DNA of 64,000 bases, taken from assembly GCA_040901675.1 (NCBI GenBank), contig JBBDYJ010000010.1:92876-156875 (forward strand), given 5' to 3'. Below are positions 37,542-47,494 of this stretch, in pieces; within the stretch, counting starts at the first letter, position 1; each line of letters opens with the position of its first letter. Under the pieces are notes generated by a model. The model was not told the origin of the DNA. It worked only from the letters and a program-made list of their open reading frames with translations, and made no database searches. The position numbers and the translations under genes are program-made. Source of the DNA: Pirellulales bacterium (GTDB lineage: Bacteria; Planctomycetota; Planctomycetia; Pirellulales; JAICIG01).

Positions 37542-40500
37542 TTAGAGCCGGCCGAAGTATTCGCCGCTGGCAAGGATCCCGGCCTGAACCTGCTCGCGCG
37601 AGCTGCCGGTGCCCCAACGGAAAAGCCAGAAGTTCATGCCGCTGGAGTCTGGCCCGTGGCCCAGGAAATCGACGTACCACTCGGTAATCAGTCGCCCGCG
37701 GTGCTCGGTGCTGTTCAGGAAGCCCATGGCCACATCGAACCGAGAAGCTCCGCGCGCCATCGCCAAGGTCCAGTTAGAGACCTCGCTCGACGAGCCGGTG
37801 CGCCCCACCAAATCGCGGTAGAAACCGTTCACCATCCCGGTGTTGCTGAAACCGTTGCGGGCAAAGTACTCGTCGGACGACAGGATCGTGGCGGCGACCA
37901 TTTCCGTGGTCAGCCCGGCCCGCATCTGCGCCTGCCAGTGGTCCAGTGCGCCGAAGTCCGCGCTGCGGCCCAGGAACTGCATGTATAGCTCGTTGATTAC
38001 GATCGTCCGGTACTCGGCGGAACCGAGGATCGTCAGGGCGACGGCATCGCGGCTGGCGCCCGCGTTGATCGCGGCTACCCAGCCCAGGATTTCACTGTCG
38101 CTGGCGCCCCGGTTGAGCACGTCGCGGTACAGCTTGCGGACAAAGCTGAAATCGGTGCTGACCAGCCTGATAGTGGCCACGTTGCTGTCCTCGTCGCCGT
38201 CGTTGAGGACGAACGTGAACCGATCGAGCCCTGCAAAGCTGGCTCCCCGCGTGAACATGAAAGTGCCGCTGGGACTCAGCACGAGGCTGCCGTGCAGTGG
38301 CGGATTGACCAGCCGGGCGGTCAGGCCGGCGTCCGACGGGCCGAGCACACTCGCCTGCAGGCTGTTAAAGCCCGGAGCCAGGGCGAACTCGTTGCTCGTT
38401 GCCACGGGCGGTCCCGCGTCGAGCACCGAGATGCTGACGAGGGCGGTATTCGACAGCGCGCCTCGGTTGTCGCGCACGGCGTAAGTGAAGGCGTCGGAGC
38501 CGACGAAATTGACATTGGGCTTGTAGCTAACCTGGCCGGTGATCGGGTCGACGGTTGCCGTGCCGTTGGCCGGCAGATCGACGACGACCACGGTCGTGAC
38601 ATCGATTGTCCCGTCGGAATCGGCGTCGTTGGCCAGCACGTCGAGGAGCGTGGTCGTGTTCTTGTTGACGCTGAAGCCGTCATTCTCGGCCAGCGGCGCG
38701 TCGTTGGTCTTTTCGACCGTGACGGTCGCGATGTTCGACACGCTGCCGAACGTATCGGCCACCGTATAGGTGAAGCTGTCGGACAAGGTAAAGGTCGGTC
38801 CGGGCGTATAGGTCACGGCCCCGGTGGCCAGGTTCACGGCCACCGAGCCGTGGGAGGGGCCGGAGACGATCGTGACGCTGGATGGGTTGAGCGAGTCGTC
38901 GGGGTCGCTGTCGTTGGCCAGGACGTCGATTTCCACGGCCGTGCCCAGCGGCGTAAAGGCCAGATCGTCTTCGGCGACGGGCGGGTCGTTCACGCCGCTG
39001 ACATCGACCGTCACGGGCGTAAAGCGCGAGGGCGCCCCTTCGTTGTCGCGCACCAGGTAGGTGAACGTGTCGACGCCGTTGAAGCCGGGGTCGGGGGTAT
39101 AGGTGATCCGGCCCGTGACGGGATCCACGCTCACCGCGCCGTTGGCCGGAGGCGTGCCGATGATCACGCTTGCCGGATCGAGCGAGCCGTCGGGGTCGAC
39201 GTCGTTGGCCAGCACGTCGATGATCACCGGCGTATTCTCGTTGGTGAGCACGCTGTCGTTGCCGGTCCGCGGCGGATGCGTCGTCACACCGTAGAAGTTC
39301 ATGCTCCAGGAATTGAAGGTGCCGACCTCGCCGGTTCTCAAGTCGGCGACTTCCAGGGTCCACGTGCCCGCCGACGACTCGCCCCAGGAATGGGTCGTGG
39401 AGAAGACCCAGTTGTTGTAGTTGTCGGTGGCGTCGTTGCGCGTATCGGCGAGCACGCTGGTCGTGCCGTCGGGCGATGTCAACTGCACCCGCAAATCGCC
39501 GATGTTGCCGTGTGTCACGTTCAGAACCACTTCCACCCATTCCAGCGTGATATCGGTGTCGAGCTGGGCGGTCGACTTCGCCCCGACAAATCCTTCCGGG
39601 ATGGGCCTGCTCACGTTGATCGTGGGCGTGCTGAAGCTGGTCTCGGGCAGCACCGGGCTCCAGACGGCGGCCAGGTCCACGGCGTCGTTGGCGTTGACCG
39701 CGCCGAAACCGTACTTGTGGTTCACGTGGAAGCCCGCTCCATTAGTCTCCCAGTCGGCGTCGAACGGATCGCTCTTGACAGCGGTCTCCGCCAGGATGTT
39801 CATCACGTCGCGGTACGTCAGATCCGGATTCATGTCGAGCATCAATGCCACTACCCCGGCGGCCAGCGGCGTGGCCGACGAGGTGCCGCTGAACGTGCTG
39901 GTGTAATCCAGATCGGGGAAGACGTCGCCGTCAGCGGCCCCCGCCAAGAAGTTGTAACCCTGGGCGCCGATGCGGTCGGTGGTGGTGATACTGTCCGGAT
40001 CGTCGCCCGACCAGGTGTAGGCCGAAATCAGGATCGAAGCGCCCGGCGTGCTATACAGGGCCTGTGCGCCATTGTCGTCGATGCCGGCCACGGTGATCAC
40101 AAACCGCGATTTGGTGAGTCCGCTGTAGTTGGTGTTGTCGAAGACCTCGTTCGAGTTGCCGGCGGCGAACAGGAAAATGCTCCCCAGGCCTCCGCGGCCG
40201 AACGTGGCGCCGTTCTCGAGCGCAAAGGCCACCGGCGGGCCGATGTCGATCGGCGCCACCTGCGTGCCACGGCCGAAACCCCAACTGTTGTTGTAGATGT
40301 GGATCTCTTGATCCCTGTGGGTCAGCGCGGCTGCAATGTCGAAATCGGTCGGCTGTTCGCCGATCAAGCGCAAACCGGCAATCTGGGCCAACGGAGCGCT
40401 GCCCGTCAGGCCCGTGCCGTTGTTGCCGTGAGCGGCGGCCACGCCGGCGACCGCCGTCCCGTGGTTATCGCTGGCGAACACGGGCGAAGGATCGGCGTCG

Positions 40501-41153
40501 CCCTCGTTGAAGTCGAAGCTCAAATCGGCGCGGTACTTGTCGCGGATGTCCTGGTGCACGTGCTGCAGGCCGTCGTCGACAATTGCTATGACCACGCCCT
40601 CGCCTAAGACCTTGTCCCAAGCGGGCACCACGTTGGCATCCTGGCCGTTTAGACCGCCGGTCTGGCCCGTGTTCTCCAGGTGCCACTGAAAGCTGAAGTA
40701 GGGGTCGTTTGGAATGAACAGCTTTTCCACGTCGTGCCGCACCAGCGGATAGTAGAACGCCTGGTGAGTAAGCCCTTCCAGTTGGGCGGCCACAAACTGC
40801 CACGGCGCATCGAACTCGAGCACCAGGCTGTTGGGCAGGCCGACCGTTCCCACGAACCGCGCATTCAACTGCGAGGCAAGAGCCGCCGGATCGGGCATCT
40901 GCCCTTCGTCAAAAGAAATCAGCCACCGGTCGACAGCAGCCAATTGTGCCGCCGAGTACGAGCTCAAGTCGGTGGCGCTGGCGAGCGAATGCGCCAAAAC
41001 GTCGCTGATGGGGCTGACCGACAATAAGGTCCGTTGCTCGAGCGATTCCATCCCTAGCGCGCGGCCCCTGGCCAAGGACCTATCGGCCGAACGGCGGCCT
41101 GCAGCGGTGCGGCGCGCGCGGGATCGTTGACGTACTAGTTGGCGAAACACCAT
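37542..41153 (-). CDS. Secreted kexin/furin-like S8 peptidase with P domain, Ig-like repeats and DUF4214-like C-terminus
   Basis: ESLEQRTLL motif; catalytic triad IVDDG/HGTAVAG/GTSSATP; P domain; DVLAND.D.D repeats; ILxS.EY C-terminal repeats. Confidence 0.92.
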   Translation of the reverse strand: MVFRQLVRQRSRARRTAAGRRSADRSLARGRALGMESLEQRTLLSVSPISDVLAHSLASATDLSSYSAAQLAAVDRWLISFDEGQMPDPAALASQLNARFVGTVGLPNSLVLEFDAPWQFVAAQLEGLTHQAFYYPLVRHDVEKLFIPNDPYFSFQWHLENTGQTGGLNGQDANVVPAWDKVLGEGVVIAIVDDGLQHVHQDIRDKYRADLSFDFNEGDADPSPVFASDNHGTAVAGVAAAHGNNGTGLTGSAPLAQIAGLRLIGEQPTDFDIAAALTHRDQEIHIYNNSWGFGRGTQVAPIDIGPPVAFALENGATFGRGGLGSIFLFAAGNSNEVFDNTNYSGLTKSRFVITVAGIDDNGAQALYSTPGASILISAYTWSGDDPDSITTTDRIGAQGYNFLAGAADGDVFPDLDYTSTFSGTSSATPLAAGVVALMLDMNPDLTYRDVMNILAETAVKSDPFDADWETNGAGFHVNHKYGFGAVNANDAVDLAAVWSPVLPETSFSTPTINVSRPIPEGFVGAKSTAQLDTDITLEWVEVVLNVTHGNIGDLRVQLTSPDGTTSVLADTRNDATDNYNNWVFSTTHSWGESSAGTWTLEVADLRTGEVGTFNSWSMNFYGVTTHPPRTGNDSVLTNENTPVIIDVLANDVDPDGSLDPASVIIGTPPANGAVSVDPVTGRITYTPDPGFNGVDTFTYLVRDNEGAPSRFTPVTVDVSGVNDPPVAEDDLAFTPLGTAVEIDVLANDSDPDDSLNPSSVTIVSGPSHGSVAVNLATGAVTYTPGPTFTLSDSFTYTVADTFGSVSNIATVTVEKTNDAPLAENDGFSVNKNTTTLLDVLANDADSDGTIDVTTVVVVDLPANGTATVDPITGQVSYKPNVNFVGSDAFTYAVRDNRGALSNTALVSISVLDAGPPVATSNEFALAPGFNSLQASVLGPSDAGLTARLVNPPLHGSLVLSPSGTFMFTRGASFAGLDRFTFVLNDGDEDSNVATIRLVSTDFSFVRKLYRDVLNRGASDSEILGWVAAINAGASRDAVALTILGSAEYRTIVINELYMQFLGRSADFGALDHWQAQMRAGLTTEMVAATILSSDEYFARNGFSNTGMVNGFYRDLVGRTGSSSEVSNWTLAMARGASRFDVAMGFLNSTEHRGRLITEWYVDFLGHGPDSSGMNFWLFRWGTGSSREQVQAGILASGEYFGRL

Positions 41154-41570
41154 GGACTATGCCTTGTTAGAAAAGCTACCAGAGCTGGCGGGACTGGAAA
41201 GATTGGATCGAAAACGCGGGAACGCACCGGGAGTCAAGGAGGTAAAGTCTTATGCCCGGCGCACGGGATTACCACCCCCCTAACTGACCCACTCTGGCAG
41301 ACTAACCCAAAGCAACATCGGCCGCAACGGTTTTTCCGCGCCCCAATTTAAATCAGAACTTGGCCGCCCGCCCGGCGCTCGGGGGGAAAGAGCCCGGGGG
41401 CAACCCGCCCAGGGCTTTCCGGCATGCCTCGTGCCCGCGGTCGCCCACCATTGCCCAGCCTGAAGGGGGCGGCCCATCCAAGCGATTGTCCCTACCCCGT
41501 CAAAGACCTATACTTGCCACGTGCGTTGGTAAGCCCCCACTAAACATCTCCCGTCCGCCTGGCGACCGCG

Positions 41571-42611
41571 ATGTCCACGCCCCGTCGCTTTCTCCCGTTG
41601 GGCGAAGCCCAGGCGCCTTTCTTTGTCGGCGTGGATCTGGGAGGCACCAGTATCAAGGCCGGCGTGGTGGACGATCTGGGCCGCCCCCTCTCCTGGCACC
41701 AGGTTGCCACCGAAGCCCAACTCGGACCGGAAGAAGGGACGCGACGGATGGCCGAGGCGGCCCTGCAGGCCATCGACCAGGCGGGGCTGACGCCGCGCGA
41801 CATCGCCCACCTGGGGCTGGGAACGCCGGGCACGATGGATATTCCCTCCGGCATGCTGCTCGATCCGCCCAACCTTCCGGGCTGGACCAACTTTCCGGTC
41901 CGCGATACGCTCAGCCGGCACGTGGGCTTGCCGGTGACCTTCGCCAACGATGCGGGGGCGGCGGCCTACGGGGAGTTTTGGGTGGGGAGCGGCCGGCAGT
42001 TGTCCAGCATGGTTCTGTTCACGCTGGGCACGGGAATCGGCTGCGGCATCATCATCGGCGACCTGTCGATCGATGGCGAGCATAGCCATGGCTCGGAATG
42101 CGGCCATATCATCATCGACTACCAGGACGACGCCCGGATATGCTCCTGCGGCCAAAGGGGTCACCTGGAGGCGTACGCCAGTGCGGTGGCCCTCGTCAAA
42201 CGGACCCAGGAATCGCTGGACGAGGGGCGGAAGAGTTCCTTGGCGGCGCGGCTGGAGGCGGGGGAGGCGCTGAGCCCATTGATGGTTGGCGAGGAGGCCG
42301 AGGCGGGTGACCACCTGGCATTGGAGATTGTTCTGGATACGGCCCGGTTCCTGGGGGTGGGGGTGGTGAGCGTGATGCACACGATCGACCCCAGTGGGGT
42401 GGTGCTGGGCGGCGCCATGACGTTCGGCGGTCGCGATGCGCCGCTGGGCCGGCGGTTTCTGGAGAGGGTGCGGTCGGAGGTGCATCGCCGGGCGTTTCCG
42501 GTTCCGGCCGAGCGGACGACGATCGACTACGCCCTGCTGGGGGCGGACGCGGGTTTCATCGGCGCCGCGGGTTTGTCGCGATTGGACCACCGCAGGCGGC
42601 AGGCGGTCTGA
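41571..42611 (+). CDS. ROK family sugar kinase (glucokinase-like)
   Basis: GVDLGGT, NDAGAAAYGE, TLGTGIG, ECGH..CSCG.RGHLE. Confidence 0.92.
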   Translation: MSTPRRFLPLGEAQAPFFVGVDLGGTSIKAGVVDDLGRPLSWHQVATEAQLGPEEGTRRMAEAALQAIDQAGLTPRDIAHLGLGTPGTMDIPSGMLLDPPNLPGWTNFPVRDTLSRHVGLPVTFANDAGAAAYGEFWVGSGRQLSSMVLFTLGTGIGCGIIIGDLSIDGEHSHGSECGHIIIDYQDDARICSCGQRGHLEAYASAVALVKRTQESLDEGRKSSLAARLEAGEALSPLMVGEEAEAGDHLALEIVLDTARFLGVGVVSVMHTIDPSGVVLGGAMTFGGRDAPLGRRFLERVRSEVHRRAFPVPAERTTIDYALLGADAGFIGAAGLSRLDHRRRQAV

Positions 42612-42619
42612 AGCAGCGC

Positions 42620-44413
42620 ATGAACATCCGCAACTTCTGCATTATCGCCCACATCGACCATGGCAAGAGCACCTTGGCCGACCGGCTGATCGAAAAGACG
42701 GGCACGGTCAGCCGCCGCGAGCTGCGCGAGCAGTTGCTCGACGACATGGAGCTGGAGCGGTCGCGCGGGATCACGATCAAGGCGCGTGCCGTGTCGATGC
42801 GCTACGCGCTGGAGGGCGTGCCCTACGAGCTGAACCTGATCGATACGCCCGGCCACGTCGACTTTCACTACGAGGTTTCGCGGAGCCTGGCTTGCTGCGA
42901 GGGCGCCTTGCTGCTGGTCGACGCGTTCCAGGGGGTGGAGGCGCAGACGATGGCCAACGCTTTTGCCGCCATGGCCAGCAACCTGACCATCGTGCCCGTG
43001 CTGAACAAGATCGACCTGGCGCACGCCCGGCCTGAGCAAGTGATGGAAGAGATGGAGTCGAGCCTGGGCATCGACCCGGCCGACGTGCTGCCGGTGAGCG
43101 CCAAGAGCGGCCTGGGAGTCGATGCGCTGCTGGAGGCGATCGTGCGGCGGGTCCCGCCGCCCCGGGGCGATCGGCAGGCACCCTTGCAGGCCATGGTCTT
43201 CGACTCGCATTACGACGAGTTCCGCGGCGCCATCACCTATGTGCGGTTGATGAACGGCACGGTCCGGCGCGGCCAGCGGATCAAGTTCGTGAAGACGGGT
43301 TCGGTGCACGAGGTGCTGGAGCTGGGCCAGTTCGCCCCGCAGCGCCGGGCCTGCGACGAGCTGATCGCCGGGCAGGTGGGCTACCTGATCTGCAACATCA
43401 AGACACTCGACCAGGTGCACGTAGGCGACACGGTGAGCGTGCCGGGCGACCACGCGGCGGCGGCGCTGCCCGGTTACCAGGAACCCAAGCGGATGGTGTT
43501 TTGCGGGCTCTATCCCTCGGACGGCGAGAACTTCGAGGAACTGCGCGAGGCGCTGACCCGCCTGAGCATCAACGACCCGAGCTTCGAGTTCGAGCCGGAA
43601 ACCAGCGACGCCTTGGGCTTTGGGTTCCGCTGCGGGTTCCTGGGCCTGTTGCACATGGAGATCATTCAACAGCGGCTGGAGCAAGAGGCCGACTTGGACC
43701 TGGTTCAGACTGCGCCCAACGTCACCTACGAGATCGTGACGACGCAAGGCGAGACGCTGCGGATCTACAACCCGCAAAAGGTGCCCGACGCGGGTCAGAT
43801 TGCCGAGTTCCGCCAGCCGATCGTGAAGGTCAGCTTCGTGCTGCCCAGCGAGGTGATGGGACCCGTGATGCAATTGTGCGAGGACCGCCGCGGGCAGTAC
43901 GTGCGGACCGAGTACCTCTCTCCCAGCCGGGCCATGCTGGTCTACAACCTGCCGCTGGCCGAGGTGATCTACGACCTGCACGACAAGCTCAAGAGCTGCA
44001 CCCGCGGATATGGCACGATGGATTACGAGCTGGTCGGCTACTTCCCCGCCGAGCTGGTGCGGCTCGATATTCTGGTGGGCAGCAAGCGCGTCGACGCGCT
44101 TTCGGTGATCTGCGACCGGGCCGACGCCGACCGCCGCGGCCGGGCCATCGTCAAAAAACTCCGCGGCGAAATCGACCGCCACATGTTCGAGGTCGCCATC
44201 CAGGCGGCCGTCGGCAACCGGATCATCGCCCGCGAGACGATCTCCGCCCTGCGCAAGAACGTCACCGCCAAGTGCTACGGCGGCGACATCACCCGCAAGC
44301 GAAAACTGTGGGCCAAGCAGCGCGAAGGCAAGAAGCGGATGAAGTCGGTCGGCAACGTCGATATCCCGCAGAAGGCTTTCCTGGCCGTCCTGGAAACCGG
44401 CGGCGAAAAGTAA
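42620..44413 (+). CDS. lepA: Elongation factor 4
   Basis: IRNFCIIAHIDHGKSTLADR, GFRCGFLGLLH, KCYGGDITRKRKL. Confidence 0.98.
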   Translation: MNIRNFCIIAHIDHGKSTLADRLIEKTGTVSRRELREQLLDDMELERSRGITIKARAVSMRYALEGVPYELNLIDTPGHVDFHYEVSRSLACCEGALLLVDAFQGVEAQTMANAFAAMASNLTIVPVLNKIDLAHARPEQVMEEMESSLGIDPADVLPVSAKSGLGVDALLEAIVRRVPPPRGDRQAPLQAMVFDSHYDEFRGAITYVRLMNGTVRRGQRIKFVKTGSVHEVLELGQFAPQRRACDELIAGQVGYLICNIKTLDQVHVGDTVSVPGDHAAAALPGYQEPKRMVFCGLYPSDGENFEELREALTRLSINDPSFEFEPETSDALGFGFRCGFLGLLHMEIIQQRLEQEADLDLVQTAPNVTYEIVTTQGETLRIYNPQKVPDAGQIAEFRQPIVKVSFVLPSEVMGPVMQLCEDRRGQYVRTEYLSPSRAMLVYNLPLAEVIYDLHDKLKSCTRGYGTMDYELVGYFPAELVRLDILVGSKRVDALSVICDRADADRRGRAIVKKLRGEIDRHMFEVAIQAAVGNRIIARETISALRKNVTAKCYGGDITRKRKLWAKQREGKKRMKSVGNVDIPQKAFLAVLETGGEK

Positions 44414-44424
44414 GCCAGGCCCCC

Positions 44425-45900
44425 ATGAAGTTCCGCTTCGCGCCGCTGGAGGATTTTAAACGGGCCGACCTGCCGGCGGCCCCCCGCTCGTTCTGGAAAC
44501 TGGCCGGCCCGGGCGCGGTACTGGTCGGGCTGTCGATCGGCGCCGGCGAGATCATCATCTGGCCCCGGACCGTGGCCCAGTACGGCGGCGGAGTGATTTG
44601 GGCCGCCGTGCTGGGCGTGTTCCTGCAGATGTGGATCAACTTCGAGATCGGCCGCTGGACCATCGTCACGGGCGAAACGGTCTACACCGGATACTCGCGG
44701 GTCTGGCGGGGCTTCGGACCGTTGTTTCTCATCCTGACGGTGCTGGGCTGGCTGGCGCCGGCTTGGGCCCAGGCCTCGGGCAGCGCGCTGAAAGCACTGC
44801 TGGTCGGGCCCCAGTTCGGCCAGGGCACCTTTTGGGGCTCGAACACCTGTTGGACCACGCTCACCTTCCTGGCGGTGGGCCTGGTCTTGTTTGGACCGAA
44901 AATCGCCTACCGCTCGGTGGAAAAGACCATCGAATTGCTGGTGATCATCGTCACGGTGGGGCTGATCATGGTGGCCTTCGCGGTCGGCACGGCCGACACC
45001 TGGGCCGAGCTTGGCCGGGGGATGGTCAACGTGGGCTACCGGCCGCCGGAGATGTCGATCCGTCACCTGTTCATCGCCATCGTGTTCGCGGGCGCCGGCG
45101 GAACCGCCAACCTGTTTTACACGTTCTATCTCAGGGACAAGGACATCGGCATGGGGGCTCGCATCCCAAACATCGAGAATCCCCTGCGCGGCCGCACGGA
45201 AACCATTCCCTCGACGGGGTACCTGTATGCCGACACGGCCGAGAACCGGGCCCGCTTCCGAGGCTGGTGGAGCTACGTCAAGAAGGACCAGGTCCTCTTC
45301 TTCTGGTTCCTGAACACCGTGACGCTCTTATTGTTCATCTTCGGCGCCTTGGCGGTCTTGCATCCCCAGCGCATCGTGCCCGCGGAGGGAACGCTCATTT
45401 GGGACCAGTCGCAAATCCTCGGCGACGTATGGGGTCGATGGGGCGAGGGCTGGGGGCGGTTGGGCCGAAACGTCTTCCTGCTCGTGGGAGTGGCCACGCT
45501 GTTCAGCACGCAACTGGCCGTGGTCGACGGCGTTTCCCGTTCGATCTCCGATATCGTCTACACCAACTTCAAAGCGGCGCAGCGCCGCCAATTGAGCTGG
45601 TGGTACGCGGTCGTGGCGATCGTCTGGATCGCCGCCGGCTGCCTGATCACATTCGTCCTCGAGCGGATGCAACTCCAGAGCCAGCAGTTGGGCGTCTTGT
45701 TGAACGCGGCCTACATGGGAGGCTTTGCCATGGCGATTTATGTCCCGCTGACGCTGTTGATCAATCTGCGCTACCTGCCGCGAAGCGCCCGCCCCAGCCT
45801 GGTTTGCATCGGCATGATGCTGCTGGCCACGCTGTTCTACGGCGGCTTCGCCGTGGCCTGCCTGACCTGGGAAATTCGCGAGCTTTGGCCGTCGTCTTGA
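44425..45900 (+). CDS. Nramp/APC-superfamily transporter
   Basis: GPG.V..GLSIGAGE.IIWP, EIGRWTIVTGET, many TMs; C-terminal part of the 43501 ORF. Confidence 0.82.
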   Translation: MKFRFAPLEDFKRADLPAAPRSFWKLAGPGAVLVGLSIGAGEIIIWPRTVAQYGGGVIWAAVLGVFLQMWINFEIGRWTIVTGETVYTGYSRVWRGFGPLFLILTVLGWLAPAWAQASGSALKALLVGPQFGQGTFWGSNTCWTTLTFLAVGLVLFGPKIAYRSVEKTIELLVIIVTVGLIMVAFAVGTADTWAELGRGMVNVGYRPPEMSIRHLFIAIVFAGAGGTANLFYTFYLRDKDIGMGARIPNIENPLRGRTETIPSTGYLYADTAENRARFRGWWSYVKKDQVLFFWFLNTVTLLLFIFGALAVLHPQRIVPAEGTLIWDQSQILGDVWGRWGEGWGRLGRNVFLLVGVATLFSTQLAVVDGVSRSISDIVYTNFKAAQRRQLSWWYAVVAIVWIAAGCLITFVLERMQLQSQQLGVLLNAAYMGGFAMAIYVPLTLLINLRYLPRSARPSLVCIGMMLLATLFYGGFAVACLTWEIRELWPSS

Positions 45901-45953
45901 GCGCCGGGCCGCTTCTGGACGCCATCGCGGCTAGCTGTTAACGTTGGTTCAGC

Positions 45954-46820
45954 ATGGTTGCCACCATCCAATACATCGAAGGCGTGATCGCCACGTATCA
46001 GCAGGCGACCGAGGCCAACGAGCAGACTGCCTGCCGGCAGGGCAACGTGATCGTGATCACGCCCGACGAGGCGGACGAAGTGATGATCACGGCCGACCTG
46101 CACGGTCATCGTCGGAACTTCAACTCGATCAAGAAGATCGCCGAGCTGGAAAACCATCCGCGGCGGCACCTGGTGCTGCAAGAGGTCTGCCATGGCGGGC
46201 CGATCTATCCGGCCAATGGCGGCTGCATGTCGCACACGATGCTGGAGGACGTAGCCCGCCTGAAGGCCGCTTTTCCAGAGCGCGTCCACTTTCTGTTGAG
46301 CAACCACGAGCTGGCCGAGCTGACCGACTATCCGATCATCAAGTCGAAGAAAATGCTCAACTTGATGTTCCGGCTCGGTCTGCAGGAAATGTACGGGGCG
46401 GCCGCCGAGAAGGTCCGCGAGGCTTACACGGCCTTCCTTCGCAGTTGTCCGCTGGCCGTGCGGCTTCCCGGCGGCGTCTTCGTTTGTCACAGCCTCCCCG
46501 AGCGGATGGAAACCCGCAACTTCGACCGCGGCATTTTCGAGCGGCCGCTCGACGCGGTTGACTTGCTGGAGCACGGCGACGTCTTCGACCTGGTCTGGGG
46601 CCGCGATTACCGGCCGGAAAACGCCCACGCCTTTGCCAAGCTGGTGTCGGCCAAGGTGCTGATCCATGGACATGAGCCGTGCCCGGACGGCTTCAGCGTG
46701 CCCAACGACACCCAGATCATCCTGGATTGCTGCTCCGAGCCGGCCTGCTACGTGATTCTTCCAACCGCCGGGGAGTTGAGCCAGGCGGAGATCGTCGAGC
46801 GGATCCAGAAGCTTCCATGA
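45954..46820 (+). CDS. Calcineurin-like metallophosphoesterase
   Basis: DLHG, SNHE and HGH motifs. Confidence 0.85.
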   Translation: MVATIQYIEGVIATYQQATEANEQTACRQGNVIVITPDEADEVMITADLHGHRRNFNSIKKIAELENHPRRHLVLQEVCHGGPIYPANGGCMSHTMLEDVARLKAAFPERVHFLLSNHELAELTDYPIIKSKKMLNLMFRLGLQEMYGAAAEKVREAYTAFLRSCPLAVRLPGGVFVCHSLPERMETRNFDRGIFERPLDAVDLLEHGDVFDLVWGRDYRPENAHAFAKLVSAKVLIHGHEPCPDGFSVPNDTQIILDCCSEPACYVILPTAGELSQAEIVERIQKLP

Positions 46821-46864
46821 TCGCTCCCATCGGCCGCAATCGTTTGGCGTCTAGCAGAGGCGAG

Positions 46865-47194
46865 ATGGAACCGTCCAGCCCCGGTAGTCCACCGCGCGGG
46901 AGCGGCAAGAGTCGGGGCGGGTGGCGTCCGCAGTTCGGCCTGTTCGGCCTGCTGGCCACCATGGCCCTGCTGTCGGTGCCTTTTGCCGTCTGGGGCGGGC
47001 TGCTGCGTGAAGGGGCCAAGCCGGAGGAAAGCCCCCGTCTGATGTTTTTCGTGGTGATGGCCATTGCCTCGCCCATGCTGGTCATGATCGCGGTCAGCGC
47101 CGTCAAACCGATCCGTCGCTGGTGGCGGAACCGAAGGCAGAAGGAGGAAGAGGAAAGGCAGAAGGCGGAAGGCAGAAGGCAGAAGGACGAGTAA
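46865..47194 (+). CDS. Small two-TM membrane protein with RPQFGLxxLL motif
   Basis: GAGG SD; two helices; C-terminus encoded by heptamer repeats. Confidence 0.65.
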   Translation: MEPSSPGSPPRGSGKSRGGWRPQFGLFGLLATMALLSVPFAVWGGLLREGAKPEESPRLMFFVVMAIASPMLVMIAVSAVKPIRRWWRNRRQKEEEERQKAEGRRQKDE

Positions 47195-47390
47195 GACACG
47201 GGGAGCGGCACGCCGCCCTTCATACAACTCTTTTCTTTACTTGCCACCTATCCCTTCCTGCCTGGTTCGAGCCGGTTATCCCCGATCCCTGGCTCCCTCC
47301 TGGCCGTCGTTCCCACCGGACCCGGCGATACCACCGGGCTCCGGTTCGTCGTTTTTTTCTGCCTTCTGCCTTCTTCCTTCTGCCTTGCCC
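47135..47390. repeat. Inverted heptamer arrays (GAAGGCA)n / (TTCTGCC)n
   Basis: Purine array about 47135-47190; pyrimidine array about 47357-47390. Confidence 0.7.
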
Positions 47391-47494
47391 CTGCTCTTGG
47401 CCCGCTGGCAGGCATGTGCTAGTTTAGGCGGCCCCATTCGACCCCTTGGGGCCTAGCCACGGATTCGGTCCAGAGCCGGGAAAAGACTTCACGG

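Noticed and set aside
38292..40607. Long antisense or alternate-frame ORFs (also 47489..49636, 47446..49500, 42527..44182, 5365..6879)
   Set aside because: These are typical high-GC shadow ORFs overlapping well-supported genes.
43501..45900. 799-aa transporter ORF overlapping lepA
   Set aside because: The N-terminal 308 codons are an off-frame read of lepA; the real start is ATG 44425.
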